From: the human T2T-CHM13v2.0 reference genome, Homo sapiens
Assembly (NCBI RefSeq): GCF_009914755.1
Contig: NC_060943.1
Direction: 5' to 3' (one strand)
DNA length: 64,000 nt
Positions within the stretch are counted from its first letter, which is position 1. Every line of letters starts with the position of its first letter. The notes below the pieces were generated by a model. It was not told the DNA's origin. It saw only the letters and a program-made list of their open reading frames with translations, and did no database searches. Below, piece after piece: positions 1 to 64,000 of the stretch. A program made the position numbers and the translations under genes.

Positions 1-300
1 GCCAACAGCTGATAGCTGCATCCTTGGCATCTGCCTCCTGGCCTTGGCAGGATCCATTTTTATGATTTACAATGCATCATCAACCAGAAATACAATGAGA
101 ACCACCTGCCAGTCTCCCAAATACTATCTGCAGCCACTCATTTAACTCTCCTGGCTAGCTCCACGTGGGCCGTCTGAACTCTCTTAGAAGAATCATCTCT
201 CTGCTCAGGCACCGGGAGCAAGGGGCATCTGTCGCTCTGCAGAACGGAGGGGACCAGGCCTGATGAACACCATCCTGGGCCCAGAAACCTGGGAGGGTAA

Positions 301-582
<282 letters not shown>

Positions 583-1619
583 TAGAGACAGGGTCTATGT
601 TGACCATACTGGTTTCAAATTATGCTCCTGCCTCAGCCTCCCAAAGTGCTGGGATTAAACATGTGAGACACCGTGCCCAGCCCACATGGCCTCATTTAAA
701 TCCCACAACAACTCTAATAAGACACTAGTATGTCCAGGTCACAGATGAGAAGAGGGAAGCCAAAGGAATAACTTGCTGAAGGTTATGGAGCTAGGATAGG
801 ACCCCACAAGGTCTTGCTCTGGGGGCCTGCATCAGTAACCAGTACTCAACATCAAGGAAAGGCCTTGGGGCCGGGCGCAGTGACTCGCACCTGCAATCCC
901 AGCACTTTGGGAGGCTGAGGCGGGTGAATCACTTGAGGTCAGGAGTTCGAGACGAGCGTGGGCAACATGGTGAAACCCTGTCTCTTCTAAAAATAGAAAA
1001 ATTAGCCAGCCACGGTGGCGGGCGCCTGTAATCCCAGCTACTCAGGGGGCTGAGGCAGGAGAATCACTTGAACCCGGGAGGCAGAGGTTGCAGTGAGCTG
1101 AAATCGCGCCACTGCACTTTAGCCTAGATGACAGAGTGCAACTTGGTCTCAAAAAAAAAAAAAAAAAAATCTTGGAGCAGCGTTGGAGAAGCTCCCTCTG
1201 TCCCCTCTCTACTGGCTGCTGCCCCTCTGAAATGGCCTTTCCCTTCCCAACAGATCCTTGAGATTTGTTTAGAAGAGTCTGGAGAGTGAGCGCAGAGGCT
1301 GACTCACTGCGTGACCTTGCTCTGCCAGTTAGGAGATAACCTTCCCATAGATGCCACTTTCCACATCAGTAGTTTTTTTTTTTAAGGGAAGGGGAGCTGG
1401 GGGAGAAGGCTTTTGGGGCCTTCCTACTGTAAAAGCTCAAGTTCCTTACACTCACTGCTTTCTCTCTATTACATCATCCTGCTCCCTCCCCACCCCCAAG
1501 GCTCTTAGTCTGAAATGATCTAATTTCTACCACCGGAATGACTTGTTCTCTACAGTATTCTCAGAACTTGCTACGTGGTAGGAGGTCAAGAACACACTGA
1601 ATAACCCACCTCTTCCCAC

Positions 1620-1985
1620 CCTCCTAAGCCTCCTGTCCCATCCATGCTCTACTATTTCTCGTAATTATTGCCTTCTAATACAATATCGTTACTAAACATC
1701 TTTATTGCCTGTCTCATCCTGCCAAAATGTAAGCTCCAAGGCAGATTTATTTTTTAAGAGACAGGGTCTCGCCATGTTGACCAGGCTGGACTCCAGGTTT
1801 CCAACAATCCTTCCACCTCAGCCGCCAGAGTAGCTGGGAGTACAGCGCGCGCCACCATGCCCAGCTTCAAAGGCAGAAATTTTTGTCTGTTTTGTTCACT
1901 GCCATATCCCCAGAACCTAGAACACTCTCTGGCAAATAATAAGCAATCAAGAAGTATTTGTCTAAGAAAGGAATGAATTCTGATC
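1620..1985 (+). mobile_element. L2 LINE 3' fragment interrupted by an Alu monomer
   Basis: aaaatgtaagctccaaggcag ... tttgtctgttttgttcactgccatatccccagaacctagaacac...ggcaaataataagcaatcaa is typical of the L2 3' end. Confidence 0.65.
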
Positions 1986-2322
1986 CCAGTGAGGCTCGTA
2001 ACCAGACGGCAGAGCGCCTGGGGCGAGGAGGTATTACAAAACTCGTGCCAAGTAAGGAGAAAACTAACAGCGCCGTAACACTACTCAGGTCCCTCCCGGC
2101 CCCGGATTTCTATGACCGGCGTTCTAAAGTGGATAATCCTAGGCTCATCGGGTTCAACTCCTCTCATCTAACGGATCCTAAGAAATCCGAAAGGGAGAGG
2201 ACTTTGGCTCAAGGTTCCCAAGCTAGTGGTGAGCAGACAAGGATTCGAACTGCACCCTTCGAGAAACTTCATGTCTGAAAAAGTTGCGAAACACAAGGGC
2301 GCTCAAGTGATCCCACGGTTCA

Positions 2323-3000
<678 letters not shown>

Positions 3001-3410
3001 TTATGCGCTGAAGGCCTTTTCCGGTCACGTGGAAGGCTGTGAGCAGGCGCCAGCGCCCGTACAAAACACTGGTAGTGTTGCAAACGCAACGTTTAGGAAC
3101 TCATGAGCAGCCTGTGCACATGCTTAGGCGCGCGGACAACATGCGCATGCTCAGACTCTAGACTGGCCACGGGTGGCCGGGTGCGCATACTCAGGCTCTG
3201 AGCGCACTTTGGGGTGCGCGGATTCGGGCTTCCCGGGATTCGTCTGCGCATGCTCAAGATTCAGGCGGAGCGCCGGGCTGCAGTGCGCGGAGGCCCGCTC
3301 CCGGGACTCATTGATGCGCATGCGCAGGGCTTCAGCCTGCACGTACTCGGATTGTGCAGCGACTCCCCGTGGCGGTTGAGGGGCAGTGGTGGCGGCGGAA
3401 GCCCAAGTCG

Positions 3411-61471
<58,061 letters not shown>

Positions 61472-61505
61472 GGCCGGTCCACAGGGTCCCAACCCCTTGT
61501 CTTCA

Positions 61506-61511
61506 AATAAA
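61506..61511 (+). terminator. CATSPERD: CATSPERD polyadenylation signal AATAAA
   Basis: Canonical hexamer 34 nt after the stop; T/GT-rich sequence follows at ~61550-61576. Confidence 0.85.
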
Positions 61512-61522
61512 GTATAATGTAA

Positions 61523-61893
<371 letters not shown>

Positions 61894-62009
61894 TATCAGT
61901 GTGGTCTCATTGTGTTGCCCAGGCTGAGTGTGCGGTGGTGTGATCACAGCTCACTGCAGCCTCAAACTCCCAGGCTTAAGTGATCCTCCCTCCTCAGCCT
62001 CCTGAGTAG

Positions 62010-62677
<668 letters not shown>

Positions 62678-62854
62678 TAGAGATGGGGTTTTGACATATT
62701 GCCCAGGCTGGTCTCAAACTCCTGAGCTCAAGCGATCCTCCTGCCTCAGCCTCCCAAAGTGCTGGGATTCTCAGTGAACCACTGCACCAGGGTCAGCCAT
62801 CTCCTTTTAAGTGAAAATTTGGTCAGTCTCATGACTTCCGATTACTCTTTGGTT

Positions 62855-63042
62855 AAAAAAATATATATATAAAATATACATACATAAAAAATACATATAT
62901 AAAATATATATATTAAAAATACATATAAAAATATGTATAAATACATATATATATTAAAAATACATATATATAAATACATATATAAATATATATTAAAATA
63001 CATATATAAAAATATATATATTAAAAAATACATATATATATT
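62855..63042. repeat. AT-rich (TA)n-like low-complexity tract
   Basis: Repeats of aaaaatacatatatat; read directly. Confidence 0.9.
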
Positions 63043-63155
63043 CTGTGATCATTTTAAATTGCCCCACATAGCTACAACAGGCTGGGGCAGGGGGATCACT
63101 TGAGGCCAGGAGTTCAAGATCAGCCTGGACAACATAGCAAGACCCCCCATCTCTA

Positions 63156-63341
<186 letters not shown>

Positions 63342-64000
63342 CTACTGCTTGGGTCCTTGCAGACATCCACTGTGTGACCCTCACTCCACATTAATCTTCA
63401 AGAAAAGTGATCCAGGTCCTTGCCCCACTTCCTCATCAGCCAGGACCTCCCCGACACTTGGGATACCTGGTTTTAGTTTCAGAGATACCCCTAATGAGGC
63501 TTCGGGGAGAAGGAGTTGAAAAGCAGCTGAGAAAAGTGGGCTTGGGGCTGGGCGCGGTGGCTCACGCCTGTCATCCCAGCACTTTGGTAGGCTGAGGCGG
63601 GCGGATCCCCTGAGGTTAGGAGATCGAGACCAGCCTGACCAACATGGTGAAATCCCGTCTCTACTAAAAATACAATTAACCAGGTGTGGTGGTGCACACC
63701 TGTAATCCCAGCTACTCGGGAGGCTGAGGCAGGCAGGAGAGTCACTTGAACTCGGGAGGCGGAGGTTGCAGTGAGCCGAGATCACGCCATTGCACTCCAG
63801 CTTGGGCAACAAGAGCGAAACTCTGCCTCAAAAAAACAAAAGTGCACTTGGAGTCTCTCCCAGCCTGTGTCCCCACGGGTCAAACAGTGATGAATGGGGA
63901 TCACTGCAGATGCCAGGAGGGCACATGGCACAGTCCCTGGGACAGGGGGACCCTGTCTTGAGGGCCACAGCTGCATGGCCCCGAGACACTACCCGGAGTT

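Overview
Human genomic DNA (19p13.3-type locus, recognised from the encoded proteins; an AluYb8 copy supports a human source). The window holds the first coding exon of LONP1 (mitochondrial Lon protease, minus strand, CDS 2805->2377). Head-to-head across a ~600-bp CpG-island promoter lies the complete CATSPERD (TMEM146) gene on the plus strand. I reconstructed 22 GT-AG coding exons from 3411 to 61471; they sum to 2397 nt = 798 aa + stop with consistent phases, followed by AATAAA at 61506. Introns are dominated by Alu elements, with MaLR/ERV LTRs, DNA-transposon relics, L1/L2/MIR fragments and simple repeats. Nearly all ORFs in the supplied track are Alu or simple-repeat artefacts. I see no evidence of a wholly new gene system. 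The most notable local observations are: a strong-Kozak out-of-frame upstream ATG overlapping LONP1; an array of NRF1-like motifs in the shared promoter; an Alu target-site duplication that copies the exon-17 splice donor; a candidate 25-nt poison micro-exon in a duplicated Alu flank; a perfect 155-bp tandem duplication; a young AluYb8; and a MADE1 hairpin split by two Alus.
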